Source of the DNA: Centroscyllium fabricii
Taxonomy: Eukaryota
Direction of reading: 5' to 3'
Length of the DNA stretch: 64,000 nucleotides
NCBI GenBank assembly: GCA_051313645.2
Contig: JBNRSN020000024.1
Location: 46,252,001 to 46,316,000 of the forward strand
Part shown: positions 1 through 12,802 of the stretch, one piece after another
How positions within the stretch are numbered: position 1 is the first letter of the stretch
How the letters are laid out: each line of letters begins with the position of its first letter
Position numbers and translations under genes: made by a program
The notes under the pieces: generated by a model
The model's input: only the letters and a program-made list of their open reading frames with translations
The model's database searches: none
Told to the model about the DNA's origin: nothing

Positions 1-159
1 AACCTTTATAACCAGGGTACTCCTGGAACGAATGATTCCAAACATTCCCAATTTATAATTATTACGTTGCAGGTTGGAGTAATTGAATGGAAATGAATTT
101 GTAGGTAACATTTTCAGGTGGAAGGTAATGTTAAGTAGGGGAGAGGTTACGCAGAAATA

Positions 160-250
160 ACAGCAGAAAATGCTGGAAAAACTCAGCAGGCCAGGCAACA
201 TCCGTGAAGAAAGAAATAGAGGCAGCGTTTCGGGTTAGGACCCTTTGTCA
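160..250. repeat. Penelope-like terminal-repeat remnant
   Basis: gaaaatgctggaaaaactcagcagg... matches the ends of the GIY-YIG-bearing element at 26270-27200. Confidence 0.65.
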
Positions 251-358
251 AGAGTGAGCAAACCTGTGACCTGTATTTTATAAGGTGGCCAGATAGAACA
301 CCACTAACTGCAGGCTCATTGGCCCTACTTCAATACTGTATAAAATAATAGAAGCAAT

Positions 359-1091
359 GGGGCTGAAATTCCATTCCCTACGGGTGTGTACTCTCCTGTC
401 GGGCCAACGGAAATGCTGGTTTCAGGCATGTGCTGGAAACCGGCATTTCTGATCTGTCAAGAAAGCTCTTGACCGATCCTCCGGCTGCCCTGGAGAAGGG
501 CCTCTGCCGTTGGAGAGTTCCGTTTTTGAGACCCTCTGCCCGCAGAAAATACTTCCAATTCTTGCGCCTGGTAAAAGCAGGCGTAAGACCTGCTTTTACG
601 AGGATGAGTTGGAAGAAAGTTTTTTAAAAAACAATTTCCACGGATTTATTTTTTAAATTACTTTAAAGAAAGGTAAGTTTATTTTTAGCCATGTTAAAAA
701 CTTTAATTCTTTTCAAAAAATAAAAATTTTGCTTAAAATACTTAATTTATTTTAATTTAAAGTCACTTTAAAAATGTGATTTAAAAAACAATCATTTAAT
801 GTTTTCTTATGTTTTAGGGGTGATCTCTATTAATATATTTGACAGGTCTTCCTGTCAAATGTATGAAGAGAGATTCCCTTCTCTGATTGGCTCCCCGTGG
901 CCCACGTGATCCCAGGGACGCTGCGAACTGCCTGCGCCCCATGGATACGTACGTGGGCCATGCGCACCGGCAGTTTGGAGAGGCCCAGGAGCGGAACTCT
1001 GCGCCTCCCAGAAACCCTCCGGTCTTGGCGCAGATCTTTCCGGATCGCAGCCCTCCGCCCGCGGGAGGCCTGCAATCGGAATTTTTGGGCC
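359..1091. mobile_element. Non-autonomous PIF/Harbinger-like DNA transposon
   Basis: Imperfect TIRs GGGGCTGAAATTCC / GGAATTTTTGGGCC; GC-rich arms with AT-rich core, same layout as 8123-8942. Confidence 0.6.
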
Positions 1092-1312
1092 TATATTTTT
1101 GGGAGTAGGTTGGAAGAGCACCTGTACAGTTATAGATTTAGTGAGTGACAGTCCACATGAATTTAGAAAGGAATATTCCTGAATGACAAACCACCTTAAC
1201 TCCTTTTGAGGACATGAGGGCAGAATTAGAGGAACAAAGTTTGGGTGGTGTAGGGTTGGAGCAACCATGAAGGGGTTTAAAACACAACGATGAGAATTTT
1301 AAGCCTTTGAGG

Positions 1313-2075
1313 GACCGGGATTCAATTAGCCTCGGAGCCTTGCGGCGGGTACAAGCTTCAAACCTACACTTACGGAGTGCACCTGCCGTTTTTCTCTTCT
1401 GGGATTTGAAATCCTGATTTTCTGGCCGGCTCCAAGCTCCACGCGCCGTGCTGAGGCAACTCAGTGGCGTAGTTAGTGGGCAAGCTCCGCGCGGGACCAC
1501 GTGGTCCGCGGGGAGCCAATCACTAACAAGGATCCTCCATTCATAACTTTGATCTGGCAAAGTTAATGAATTACAAGAGCCCCAAAAACACACTAAACAA
1601 GAAAATAAATTTAAAAAAACACAATTTTTAAACATTACTATTCCTAACCTAAATTACCTATTAAACAAAAAATAAAAATTTTGAAAAAATATTTTGTATT
1701 TAACTTGTCTAAAAAACTACTTACCTTTGTTTAAATTATTTAAAAAGAAAAAACTTGTGAAAGAAATACATAAATTGAATAAAATAGAGACTTACCTGCT
1801 AAAAATGGTTAGTTACGGCTGATATTTTCATTCGTAACTTTTCCAATACTTACCCCGATTAAAAAAAAAAAAAAAAAAAATTAATAAAAAAAAAAATGGA
1901 ATTCCACTGCGCTCCTCCTGGTGCGCAGACGAACGCGCTTCAGCTCGCGATCCCCCGCTGGCCGTCATCGGAATTGCAGGTAGCACCGGGCAACGGCTGC
2001 TACCCGCAATTCGGAGCCCGTGTGTGTGAGTACCCTGCTCCAGAACGGCCCGCGGTCACCCTAATGTTTGGGCTA
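1313..2075. mobile_element. Related non-autonomous DNA element, inverted relative to 359-1091; ends uncertain
   Basis: GC-rich arms, AT-rich core with ACTTACCT motifs; shares the CACGTG..CCAAT block with 359-1091 in opposite orientation. Confidence 0.45.
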
Positions 2076-2402
2076 ATGTCTTCTCCACTGAACCTAATGT
2101 TTGCACCCTCTCTTTACATCCTGCTGGCATATGTTTGCCCACATGGTGCAGACTTTATAGTTACCGTGCATCCAGTTTTCCCTGTTTGTCTTCCACCTTC
2201 ACCCCTCCTATACTTGCCCTTCCTTTTCCTACAGCACCTCGATGCCACTGAAAAACACTAACTGCATTCTCAGCCCCTCGTGCACTTTGTGTAATCTGCA
2301 ATTTTAACAAGGGTCCAAGCACCCTCGTGTAGTACCCTAATCAGCACCTCTTTAAATCTGGCACTAACCCCCCCTCACGTACTCTTACTCCTTGGTGTCA
2401 CC

Positions 2403-2600
2403 CTTGGGCCAGTAGGGTAGCACGCTCCTCTTCCGAGTCAGATTATTGTGTTCAGGCCCCATTCCAGAAACGTGATCACATAATCTCGGCTGACACTTCA
2501 GTGCAGTACTGAGGAAGGTACTGTACTGGTTAGATGCTGTCCTTTTGCGGAGACATTAAGCTCTCGGATGGATGTAAAAGATCCTGTGGCAGTATTCAAA
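2403..2600 (+). mobile_element. tRNA-derived SacSINE1/DeuSINE-like SINE fragment
   Basis: tRNA-like head followed by ggctgacacttcagtgcagtactgagg...gatgtaaaagatcc; matches 60415-60835. Confidence 0.7.
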
Positions 2601-5117
2601 TAATGTGATACGTTTGAAGTATTACACCTGTTTTGGGGGGAATAAACCATTGTATATATTGAAACAAGTGGTTGGTTTTGTCGCACTTTAAAGGAGACCT
2701 GGGAGTGAAGACTGTGCACATTCAGTGTCAACGAGGGCTTTATAATGTGCTTGTCAGATCTCATTTGGATAGTTTGCCATTCTGGTTAGCGACATTTCAA
2801 AAGAAGTGAAAACGGATTTTTAAAATATATACGGGGGGGTGGGTATTGCCTTTTACTCAAGGGGGAATAAACAGTTGGCATTGTCTTTCAGATGTGGTAG
2901 AATCAGATGTTGGGGAATTCATATTACAGTTGAATATTCAGATGAACTTGAAGGACTGATTTTTTCTTTCATTCTTGTGCCCTAAATCAAACTTACAAGT
3001 TGGTAGTTCAGTTGAATTTCTCCAGGTCTCTTTCCATAATTGCAGCTGCCAGGGTCAACAAAGTTGAGTTAATTGTCCTTGTCTAGATGTTTGGCTGTTC
3101 TTTTGTCACTTAATGACACATTATGGCACTGTTTTGTGACTTCATAGTGCATTTGTGAGCCTGCCTGAAAATGGCGTAAAATGTTTAAAATGGGTCTCTC
3201 CAGATGGCTTAATAGATAAGTGTTGTGTGATAATTGGTAGGCACTGAGATGATCTTGTGCTTCTGTGGTGGCATAACAAATTGATGAAGTATCTTTGAGC
3301 TAAGGAAGGCAAATCTGCTATGATCTTGCCTACAACCAAAAAAGAGCACCTGTCACTCCTCCAGTATGTTGCTTCCATTCCCACGCTCATGATCCTTGTG
3401 GTCTTATTTTGTGAAACTTTCAATTACTGTCAATTTAAGGGGCTGTGCTTATTAATAAATGGACTGACATTGCTCAAAGTTGTTTTGCTTGAGGCCCTTA
3501 AGCATCCAGCACAGAGAGCTCCATCCCATTAACTCTGCTCCAAGAAGCAAAAGCAAAGGATATTAACACGGTCCTATGGCCAATGGCCTGGTCTACACTG
3601 AGCTGATCTCTGCAGAAGTAGCAGAGGGCACAATAACTGGCCTTAATGTGGTGTTCTGCTGGAGACTGAATTGTTTGGCACCACCTCCTCTTCCCGATTC
3701 TTGTAGTTTAATGCATTGGACTGTTGGTTTATAGTGATACAAAACGATCAATATATCTATGAGAAGACCACTTTATCCTATTGGAAAGGATAATGGTTGT
3801 ACCCCTGTACAACTGAGAATGGGGAGGAAACTTTGGAGGCAAGTTGTACGTGAATAGCTTTTATATGCTTAGGGAGGGAAAACTGATTGGTAAAATTCTA
3901 CCTGGTGTATTATAAAAATCAGATCAGCATGGACCTATTAGTTAATAAAATCTAGAATCCAACTGCTAAATTTGACCACAGTTTATTCTATGAATTGACA
4001 CTTAAGTAAAGTACATTGACCTGGTAGATTTAATGTGACCAGATTTGGGAAGTAAAAAGTTAACCATGTGGCCTCTTTCTGTTGTGATTCTGTGAATTCA
4101 CTCAAGTGCTTCACTGAGAATTAACCATGTAAACTGGATAGTGTCACTCAATCCATTATGATGAGTGAGCTAAATTAAGGAACTGGAACTCCATACAAAC
4201 TAGAAAAATTATTCCCACTTTTTTGTGAAGGGGGGAGGAAGATTTTGCTAAACTGACTTAAATTACCATGCTAGGAATACAACAGGAATAGTTGGAATTT
4301 AGTCTATACCCTGAGTAGGGATTGTGAAAATTGTTACCCCCTTGCTTGTTCTCTTCACCACCCCCCACCCCTCCCAGTTTGCAATGTAGGAGATGATCAA
4401 GAAAGACTTGCATTCTGTGTCTCATCACATCTAAATGTCTGTGATTCAAACGTATTGTAATTGAAGTACAGGGTATTATAATTACTGTGACTTTTTAGGA
4501 GAGTAGAATGAGCAAAGTGGGCTGTCTTTCCAGATTAAATATTTAGAAATGGTAAATTTTTACTGGTGTGGATCTGATTAGTGACACAAAATGCTTGTTA
4601 AGGCCAATTTAGCCTTGCAAGATCAATAAAACTGATTAAATCCTAGCTTTCATTTACTGAAAATGTTAAGAGACAAATGTTTCATAGTCAACGTGTCTAC
4701 TAATTAAGCATTAAATATGACACATAGTAAATTCAATAACCAGGAATTCTTAAAACCAAGTATTGCTTCTCTGTTGTGAAAAGGATATATTTCGAGTGTG
4801 TGTGTGTTATCTGGAAAAGCTTACTTTAAAGGTTGATGGACTACTTGGGGCCAGAATTGAGCTTTGGGGTCTTATTTAAAATAAAAAAAAAGCCTTCGTA
4901 GAGCAGTGTCTGCAAAGTCACTATATAACCAGGTACTGTACTATTAAATGTTGTCTGTCCTTTTTGGCAGAGTAAGTTGTGCAATTTGAGGTTTTTAACC
5001 AAATAGCAACCAGAACAAACACCCCACCAGATTTTAGCAATGGCTTTTTGATGCTTTGTGCATCGCCCAGTTCCCTTTGTTATAAAGGCTGTTAACTCTG
5101 TTGCATTTTCCCTACAG

Positions 5118-5198
5118 ATGGTAATGGAATTCTCTGATAATATGTTGAACCTTGATGGTCATCAGGTGAACGGTGCACAACTAAAACAATTTGTCCAG
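5118..5198 (+). CDS. GGNBP2: GGNBP2 coding exon (MVMEFSDNMLNLDGHQVNGAQLKQFVQ); first exon visible in the window
   Basis: cctacag|ATG acceptor and CAG|gtaag donor; 81 nt; peptide matches vertebrate GGNBP2 as I recall it (MVMEFPDNVLNLDGHQNNGAQLKQFIQ). Confidence 0.96.
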
Positions 5199-5359
5199 GT
5201 AAGAAGGAACTACAGTATTTTGTACACTGTTTTGGAGACTTTTGTACTGTATGTAAAATATTAACTAAATAGTAGTCTAGCACCTAACTCTGTTCACTCC
5301 TCGTGTGGAAACCCTCTAATAAAACACAAAGCCATTCGACTATAGCGAAGAGTACTGTA

Positions 5360-6285
5360 TGAGGTGTTGGGCAAGGAAAGGGGCTGAGTGGAGTACTAAA
5401 GGAGTTGGTGTTTGGTCCCTTGTTTCTTGTCTACATAAATGACCTGGATGCAGAAACCAAATATAAGCTTGTTAGATAACCCTAAAATAAAAAAAAGAAG
5501 TCACACAACACCAGGTTATAGTCCAACAGTTTTAAAGCTTTCGGAGCGCTGCTCCTTCAAGGAAGAAGCAGCGCTCCGAAAGCTTTAAAACTGTTGGACT
5601 ATAACCTGGTGTTGTGACTTCTTGCATTTGTCCACCCCAGTCCAACACCGGCACCTCCACATAATAAAATAAAAACAGTTGTGATTGAGGATGCAGGTAT
5701 GGCCTTTTTTTAAAAAAAAAGGCAAATAAAATTAATGTCAATTGTAAAATATTGTCTGGGTGGAAATAGTAACCCCTAATTGTACAAAGAAGAGAGTTTT
5801 TGGAAGGATGGCAGGAGTTCATCACTTTCAGTGTTGCAGTAATGAAAGGAAGCAGTTAATATTGGGATACAAAGACCGAACATTGAGCAGCAAGCTGATA
5901 GCTATTGTATTGAAACATTGATGATACATTTTGAGGTGCTGTGTGCCGTTTTGGTTACCATGTTTATAAAAGGTTCATGTTCTCAAGAACGCGGAGAAGA
6001 GCGAGCGGAATTAGCTATCTGGAATGTTTAGAGAATCTGAAGTTATAAATTCTGGAGCAAAGGGCGGGGTCAAGAAGTTAAGATGTATAAAGATTAAATA
6101 GCATTGATAAAATAAGCAGAGAAAACTACTGAAACAGTAGGACCAGAAGATGTAAATGTAAAACTTTTTGGAGTGCATTTAAACGTAGAAAAGTAAGATT
6201 TCTACTTGAAGGGTGATCGACATTTGCAATAATCTACCAGGCAAGGTAGTACTCAACAGTGATTGTTCAGAATGCAGTTGTATGC
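5360..6285 (+). mobile_element. Old degenerate CR1 LINE 3' fragment, interrupted by 5495-5663
   Basis: Degenerate RT and C-terminal CR1 sequence similar to the younger CR1 copies in the window. Confidence 0.6.
5495..5663. mobile_element. Fold-back Penelope-like short element with ~60-bp inverted arms
   Basis: aagaagtcacacaacaccaggttatagtccaacag...ctgttggactataacctggtgttgtgacttctt; TAAAATAAAAA on both flanks. Confidence 0.7.
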
Positions 6286-8122
6286 TAGCTATTTGGATGT
6301 TTAGAGGGGTGTGATGTAAGCTGACTGGCATTTTCTTTATACTTTTTATATATTACAAATTTCTGGTTTGCCTTTGGTATTCTTCCAGGTTCGGTGGTGC
6401 TGGTCACACCCATAAGATGCCCATAAAGTGTCTTGTGTTTAGTAGTTTCCCTGCACTGCCCAATACCTTTAGTTACGGAGTGACTGCTGCCAACGAACCG
6501 GAAGCTGTGTAGAAGCATTCTGTGCGTAAATGTCAGGCCCCAAATATGAAAAAGTAAAGTGCACCACAACCGGCCGCGTATCTGACCGTGATAAACACAC
6601 TCGGTGAGAGTACAATCAAACTCCCAATCTGAAATCCTAATATCGCCTTCAAGTCACATTTCCTCGTTAAATTATACTGGAAATTTTAGCCGTTCATTCT
6701 GATGAATTAATAGCACCACTGCCACTCTCTCGTTCCTTCTCCACCCTCCTCGTTTTCCTCCCCAGTTTCTTTGCCTAGCACGCCTCTCCCTATCTCTCCG
6801 CACTGTCTTTACTCTCAATTTCCCAGCTGATTAATTCCTAACTTCTGTTCATCAGCCGCGTGTTCAAACCACAACCAACAGAGGACCTGATGGCAATAAA
6901 CGCACTCTGCGAGATTACAATAAAACTCTCTCAATCTGCAAACCTCCTGTCACCTTCAAGTCACATTACAGACTTCGCAATACCTGAAATTTTCACACCT
7001 CTCTCCCTCTCCCTCCCATCTGAGAAGTTGGCAAGAACCAAAAAACCCCACTGGAACTGTGCATACGCAAGTACTTTATTTCATTGGCAGCAGTTATTTG
7101 ATGGCATGACCCTGCAGGTGTAACATACAATGCACCCTCTTATCTGAACTGGGTACAGTATCCATTGCATGTGCATTGATGTAGGCTTCTCGAATCTTCT
7201 GTTAGGTGGACTGATTCACACATATTAGTGACACGAGGCAGCATCTGAACAGTGAAGTTGTGTTTATCTTGCAGTAAACCAGTGAACATCATACAGAATA
7301 ACCAAGTTACAGCAAATTTCACAACAACTTGGTTTCGATCCTTTGCCATAAACCAATAATAACCATGCCACCCTTAGTGGACGGAATATACTTGCTTTTG
7401 GTCAGTCCTAGCATGAGAATCGGACCAAGAAATACATGGAGTCTGGTTGGCTTTATTAAGGCAAACTGCCCAGGCCTGCCTTGGATCTCACCAGCTGACT
7501 TAAAATTTGTGACTTCATTCTTTTTGCCCACAGGAAGTGGGAGAGGCTTGACCTCTGACCCCCCCCCCCCCCCCCCCTCCCTGGTCCTGGAGTTGGTCAA
7601 TATGGGTGCTAATTAACTGGCCACTGCCAATAGTAATTTCTTACCAAACTGCCCATGATAATGCAAGATTGAGTATCATCTCATGTGAATGCCCTACTGC
7701 AACCCTGAAATGTGATCATTAATTACCTATTGTCCCATGTTGTTGTTGGCTGTCTCATTAATATGCCACTTCCCTCCTTGTCCTAATAGCTCCAACATGT
7801 CCTGATATAAGCACTGGGAGCAGGCTGTGTCTTTGTAAATAATTCTTGGTCCTGAGCCTTGGTTCGTATCAAAAACTTGTAGCTTAAAACAAAAATCCCG
7901 CACATCAAATATTCTAATTCCGAATCATGAACAATTACTTTTTTGTTTTTTATGAATGAAAGGGACTTAATTATGCTTTTTCTCATCTGCAGCTTAAATA
8001 TTCTCAGTGAATATAAAAAAAAACCCTCCATAGTTTGATTACATGCGTAAAGCTGAGTAATCTATTATTGCTTACCAGTCCCTACTTAATGTACCATTTT
8101 CAAAGTCATTCCAAATTCTAAT

Positions 8123-8942
8123 GGGCCAGAATTTCCTGTGGCCCAGAGGAGCTGCACACGCACGGAGGGGGTCCAAAATGCCCCGTGCGATGAACGCACG
8201 GGGGATGCCCACGGAACGGAGATTTCCAATGCTGAGGGAGAAGGGCCCTCGGCATCAAACGCAGGAGTGAGTTGCACCCAGGATTTGCCATCCAAAAGGG
8301 TGATTTTTGGTGAGTGATTCTGTGGGCAACTGGCCCACAAGCTGCACCCGGGAAAAACAGTAGTAACTCGTGCGTGAGGGACGGGATTTAGTTACTAAAG
8401 CAGGTAAGTTAATTTTTTAACTTTAATTTAAATTTTTTACAGTTTTTGGGAGTAATGTGGCCAGATCGGTAGCGTTAAATTTTTAAGTTAAAGTTTTTTT
8501 TAAAAAATTACAAATCCGATTTTAAGTTAATTTACCTGTTTCAAATCGCTAATTTTTAAAGTTAAATTTCTGAAATTTTTAACTAGCTATAATAAAAAAT
8601 CTAAGAGAAAAAATGGCAGACTTACCTAGCGTTTCTTCATCTGAGAAGCTGCTGTGCCCGCACTGCTCCCCGCCGAGTCTGAGTGCAGCTCCGCACGTCC
8701 CTGCTCTCAAAGGTCCGACTTGGGATCTGTGCGCATTTTTAAATTTAAATTCGGCATCTGGGGGCGTTTTTTATTTAAATTTGGGATCTGTGGGCGGGGC
8801 ATACACTGCGCACCTAGCGTGGCTGGACTGCCACACAGCGCAGGAAAGTCAGGGAGCAACTTCTGTGCGATGTTGGTGCGTGCGATAGGTGTCCGCAGGG
8901 TCCTAGCGCACGCACCAACCTGCACAGAGGAAATTCTGGCCC
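8123..8942. mobile_element. Non-autonomous PIF/Harbinger-superfamily transposon
   Basis: Perfect 14-bp TIR GGGCCAGAATTTCC...GGAAATTCTGGCCC with a 3-bp AAT duplication. Confidence 0.85.
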
Positions 8943-8970
8943 AATGTTAATTTTCTTCAGATTGCTAGTA

Positions 8971-9393
8971 CAGGTTGAGCACCGTTAATCTGGCACGGGC
9001 GGGACCAGGCCCGTGCCGGGAAAGTGAAAATCCAGAACGATTGAAGCTTCGGCGAGCGCATGCGCTGACCATTCAAAATGGCTGCCGCGCAAGGCCGGCG
9101 GCCATTTTGAGTGGTCTGCGCATGCGCTTATCGTTCGGGGAGGCCCGGCCCGCGATCGGCTCGGGGAGGCCCGGCCCGCGATCGGCTCGGGGAGGCCCGG
9201 CCCGTGATCGGCTCGGGGAGACCACTGAATGATCTGCGCATGCGCTTGCCGTTCGGCGACGCATGCGCAGATCTTTCGCCGAAGCATCAATCGCGGCGAC
9301 CATTTTGCGCATGCGCAGAGCAGTTGGGGCAATTTATGCCGGACGACTGAAGCTGCCGGCTTTCCGGTTAACGGATTACCGGTGCTCAACCTG
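8971..9393. mobile_element. Tc1/mariner (Tigger-like) MITE
   Basis: TA|CAGGTTGAGCACCG...CGGTGCTCAACCTG|TA; internal 26-bp tandem repeat. Confidence 0.88.
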
Positions 9394-9695
9394 TATTTGA
9401 TGCTGGTTGAGGAGAGCTGGAACGGGTCTAGAATCTGTCATGCATATTAAAATGAAGTTCGGTAGCCGTAAAATTGCATTTTGAAAAGCGTAGCTGCTTT
9501 TAGTGTTTCTAATTCAAACCAGCCTAAATGGGTTGAGTTAAACTTCTATACTTAAAAAAGTAACCAAGATTGGCTATGGTTAATTTTTTTTTAAGGGTTT
9601 GCCTTTATCAAGATCTCTTGCATTTATATTTTTAACATTTTAGATCTGTTTAAATATTACAGAATTGAGGTTAAAACAAAACCATTTTGTTTCAG

Positions 9696-9949
9696 CAACA
9701 TGGCATGCTCAAACAGCAAGACCTTAACATTGCTATGATGGTAACATCCCGTGAAGTCTTCAGTGCACTTTCTCAGCTTGTTCCGTGTGTTGGATGTCGG
9801 CGCAGTGTGGAGCGTCTTTTCTCTCAGCTAGTAGAATCTGGTAATCCAGCCTTGGAGCCACTTTCAGTGGGGCCCACAGGAGTTCTTTCGGTAACTCGTG
9901 CCTGCATGACGGATGCAAAAAAATTGTATACCTTATTTTATGTGCACGG
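9696..9949 (+). CDS. GGNBP2: GGNBP2 coding exon (QHGMLKQQDL...VPCVGCRRSVERLF...LFYVHG)
   Basis: tttcag|CAA acceptor and GG|gtaag donor; 254 nt; phases fit the neighbouring exons. Confidence 0.97.
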
Positions 9950-10234
9950 GTAAGTGAATTCTTTTAAATTGGATTTTTATATCCCTAAATACTCTGTTTT
10001 ACTACTAAAGCTTTGTAAACTATTGATGTGATCATTTCCTGCCCATGCATCCATCTTGGAAATGAGTCCATAGGTTTTGTTTTGATGAAGTCTATTGGTA
10101 GAGTATTTGTTGAAGCTGTGGCAGTGATTTTAAAAATCACTGGTGCTTGTTGTCAACCTGTCTGCTGTGAAGCAGAGCTGGCTAGACCAGTCGGGGATAA
10201 TTTAAAGATTAAAGCATAATCAAAGTCTTGACTA

Positions 10235-10650
10235 TAGTCATCCTCTTCTTAGGCAGTCCCTTGGAACCGAGGATGACTTGCCTCCACATTAAAAATGAGT
10301 TCTCAGGTGACTGAGTCCAATGCGGGACCTACAGTCTCTGTCACCGGTGGGGCAGACGGTGGTTGAAGGGGTGGGTAGGTGGGATGCTTGGGTTGACTTG
10401 CGCTTGGCTTCCGGCGAAGAGACTCTAGGTGTTCAGCGCCTTCCCGGATGCTTCTCCTCCACTTTGTGTGGTCTTGGGCCAGGGATTCCCAGGTGTCGGT
10501 GGAGATGTTGCACTTCTTCAAGGAGGCTTTGAGGGTGTCCTTGAAGCATTTCCTCTGCCCACCTGGGGCTCTCTTGCCGTGCCGGAGCTCCGAGTAGAGC
10601 GCTTGTTTTGGGAGTCTCTTATGCCGATGATGTGACCCGTCTATCGTCAG
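10235..10650 (-). mobile_element. RTE-clade LINE 3' fragment
   Basis: RLPKQALYSELRHGKRAPGGQRKCFKDTLKASLKKCNI..WESLAQD..KWR is a typical RTE ORF C-terminus. Confidence 0.85.
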
Positions 10651-11349
10651 CATGCCCAATATGAGACTCCCTTGAATATAGTATTGCCATTAAATCTGTC
10701 TTATTAGCTGAAATGAGCAACTTCTTACTGATTAATTGAAATAGATTGACAAAAGTTCCACAGTAAATGACTCTTTGAAAGATTGCAAGCTATTGGTTGA
10801 ATTTATATTTTCTAAATGGTTTCAGCTGCCATTTTGTTTGACTTTGCTGAATATATAGCTATTCAAGTAACAAATGTACATTTTTCTAATTGTCCTAAAA
10901 TCATGTTAGCCATGCTGTTTCTTGCCAGAGGCCTACCTAGGTCGTGAAGGCTTGTGGGACTTATTTTCACTTCCCCTGACCTTTGCCTTACATTTGAGGG
11001 TTGGGGTGCTTTTTAAAATGTTTCTTGCCTGCTTTTTTTTCCCTTCGATTAAATTTAAAATATATATATTTTCTTCACTACTTATATTGAAGCCTGACCT
11101 TTGTCTTACTGTTCACACACGCTGTTGCATTTTATCAAATTTATAGATGATTGTAGAGGGACAGACATACTAAATAAAGAGCAAGTTATTTTAGGTCACT
11201 TTTTCTTCCCCTATCCAATGGAGAGATTTCAAACGCAGCATGTGTACCCGATACATAGTTCAATAGAGAAGTCGAATACTACCTGTGTACAGCACCATTT
11301 TTGTCAATGAATGTTCTGTACAGTAATTTCTGAAATAATTTCCTCTTAG

Positions 11350-11448
11350 GTCCAAACTAAATGAGACGATTGATGCAATTCCTAAAAGTAAAAAGAACAA
11401 AAGATGTCAATTACATTCGTTAGATACGCACAAGCCAAAACCTTTGGG
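11350..11448 (+). CDS. GGNBP2: GGNBP2 coding exon (SKLNETIDAIPKSKKNKRCQLHSLDTHKPKPLG)
   Basis: ctcttag|G acceptor and GG|gtaag donor; 99 nt, phase 2-2; absent from the ORF track, translated by hand. Confidence 0.96.
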
Positions 11449-12524
11449 GTAAGCAATACCTATAGTTCTTCTGTACCAGATTACAATAGCTGGTAAATTT
11501 TCAAAACTGCATTTCTATGCCATAGTAAAAACTTTTGGGGTTATAAGTTCAATCTGACCTGTATAAACCATTTCAGCTACTGGAGACCTGGATTTTAATG
11601 TGGTTATTGTTAGTAAATCAGGAAAAACTGACCTTTGTTGGTCAGAGGTTATTGGTGTTACTTTTAGTTGAAGGTTGTTCATTAAGTTATTTTGGTTAAA
11701 ATGCGAGACATTGCGTTGAGTGAAATATGCTTTGCTTTATTTGCTAATGTCTAATCACTAACTGTTTTAATGAAATTTTCAAGCCTCTTCTGCACTATAA
11801 AGTACTTCCTTTTGCACAATGACAATTCAAAGGAATATTGGCTACTTGCATGCTGGTACCATTAATAAACTTGGGGGGAAAAAGCCATGTTTTTCAAATT
11901 GCAGGGATATCTATTAAGTTGGAGGCCTGAGTTGAACAATAGTGGCACATCTTGATATGTATTCTTGTAGAACTATCAGATTTAACTTTATTTTGCATTC
12001 TAAATGTGTTTAAAAATATACCTACGTGTTTGTTATAGTTTAAACCTTATCTTATGCCCAAAGTGTTTTTTTAACTTGATTTTCAGTATGACAATGAACT
12101 CTGCTTTGCAGTACTTCAAATCTTGCAGCACTAAAGTTTGAATATTCTTTTCAAATAGGAAGCGTAATATACTTGATTGGCATTTGCTTTTATTCACCAG
12201 ATTTATCTGCATACCTGTTACTGAATCCGTCCTTTGTTGGCTCTGTTTCTATGCTGTTGGGGACAACCTGGAAATAAATGTGCTTAAAATTTTCACTTCT
12301 GTTAACTTGTGAATGGGAAATTCTGTCCACAATCCACTGTCTTCTACCCACCTAGAATATTGCTGGCACAGCGAGTTGTCCTACATTGTTCCTTCCAATG
12401 CCTGTCATAGAGCTGAGGAAACTGAGACTTGGGACAACAGCTACTGGAAGGTATTACTGGAGGTTGGGTATGACAACGCATGCTTGAATATCCAGGGTTT
12501 GATGCTAACCATGTAAGGTACAGA

Positions 12525-12802
12525 GTTATGGTTAGTATAGTAAGACCTGAGTGATCTCCTGGACAAGTTTCGATCGCCTGGATTGGGGTCGGAGAGGAAT
12601 TTCCTGGATTTTTTCCCCAAATTGGACCTGGGTTTTTATCCGGTTTTTCGCCTCTCCCAGGAGATTACACGGTTCTTTGGGTGGGAGAAGGGTGATAGTG
12701 GTATGAAGGTTAGGGTAGGATCAGCAATGATCTTGATTGGGAGGGGGCGGGCTCGGGGGGCCGATTGGCCTACTCCTGCTCCTATTTCTTGGGTTCTATG
12801 TT
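12525..12802 (+). mobile_element. CR1 3' UTR/tail fragment with a structured insert
   Basis: Near reverse complement of 18862-19135; ends in ggcctactcctgctcctatttctt. Confidence 0.8.

Noticed and set aside
1-5117. GGNBP2 first coding exon (MARLVAVC...)
   Set aside because: Not found in any frame I checked; presumably upstream of the window.
8975-9450. Overlapping Arg/Ala-rich ORFs here and at 16.4-17.3, 27.4-28.2, 36.7-37.1 and 38.0-38.5 kb
   Set aside because: They lie inside GC-rich MITEs; RMR/CACA/AHA peptides are translations of GCGCATGCGC.
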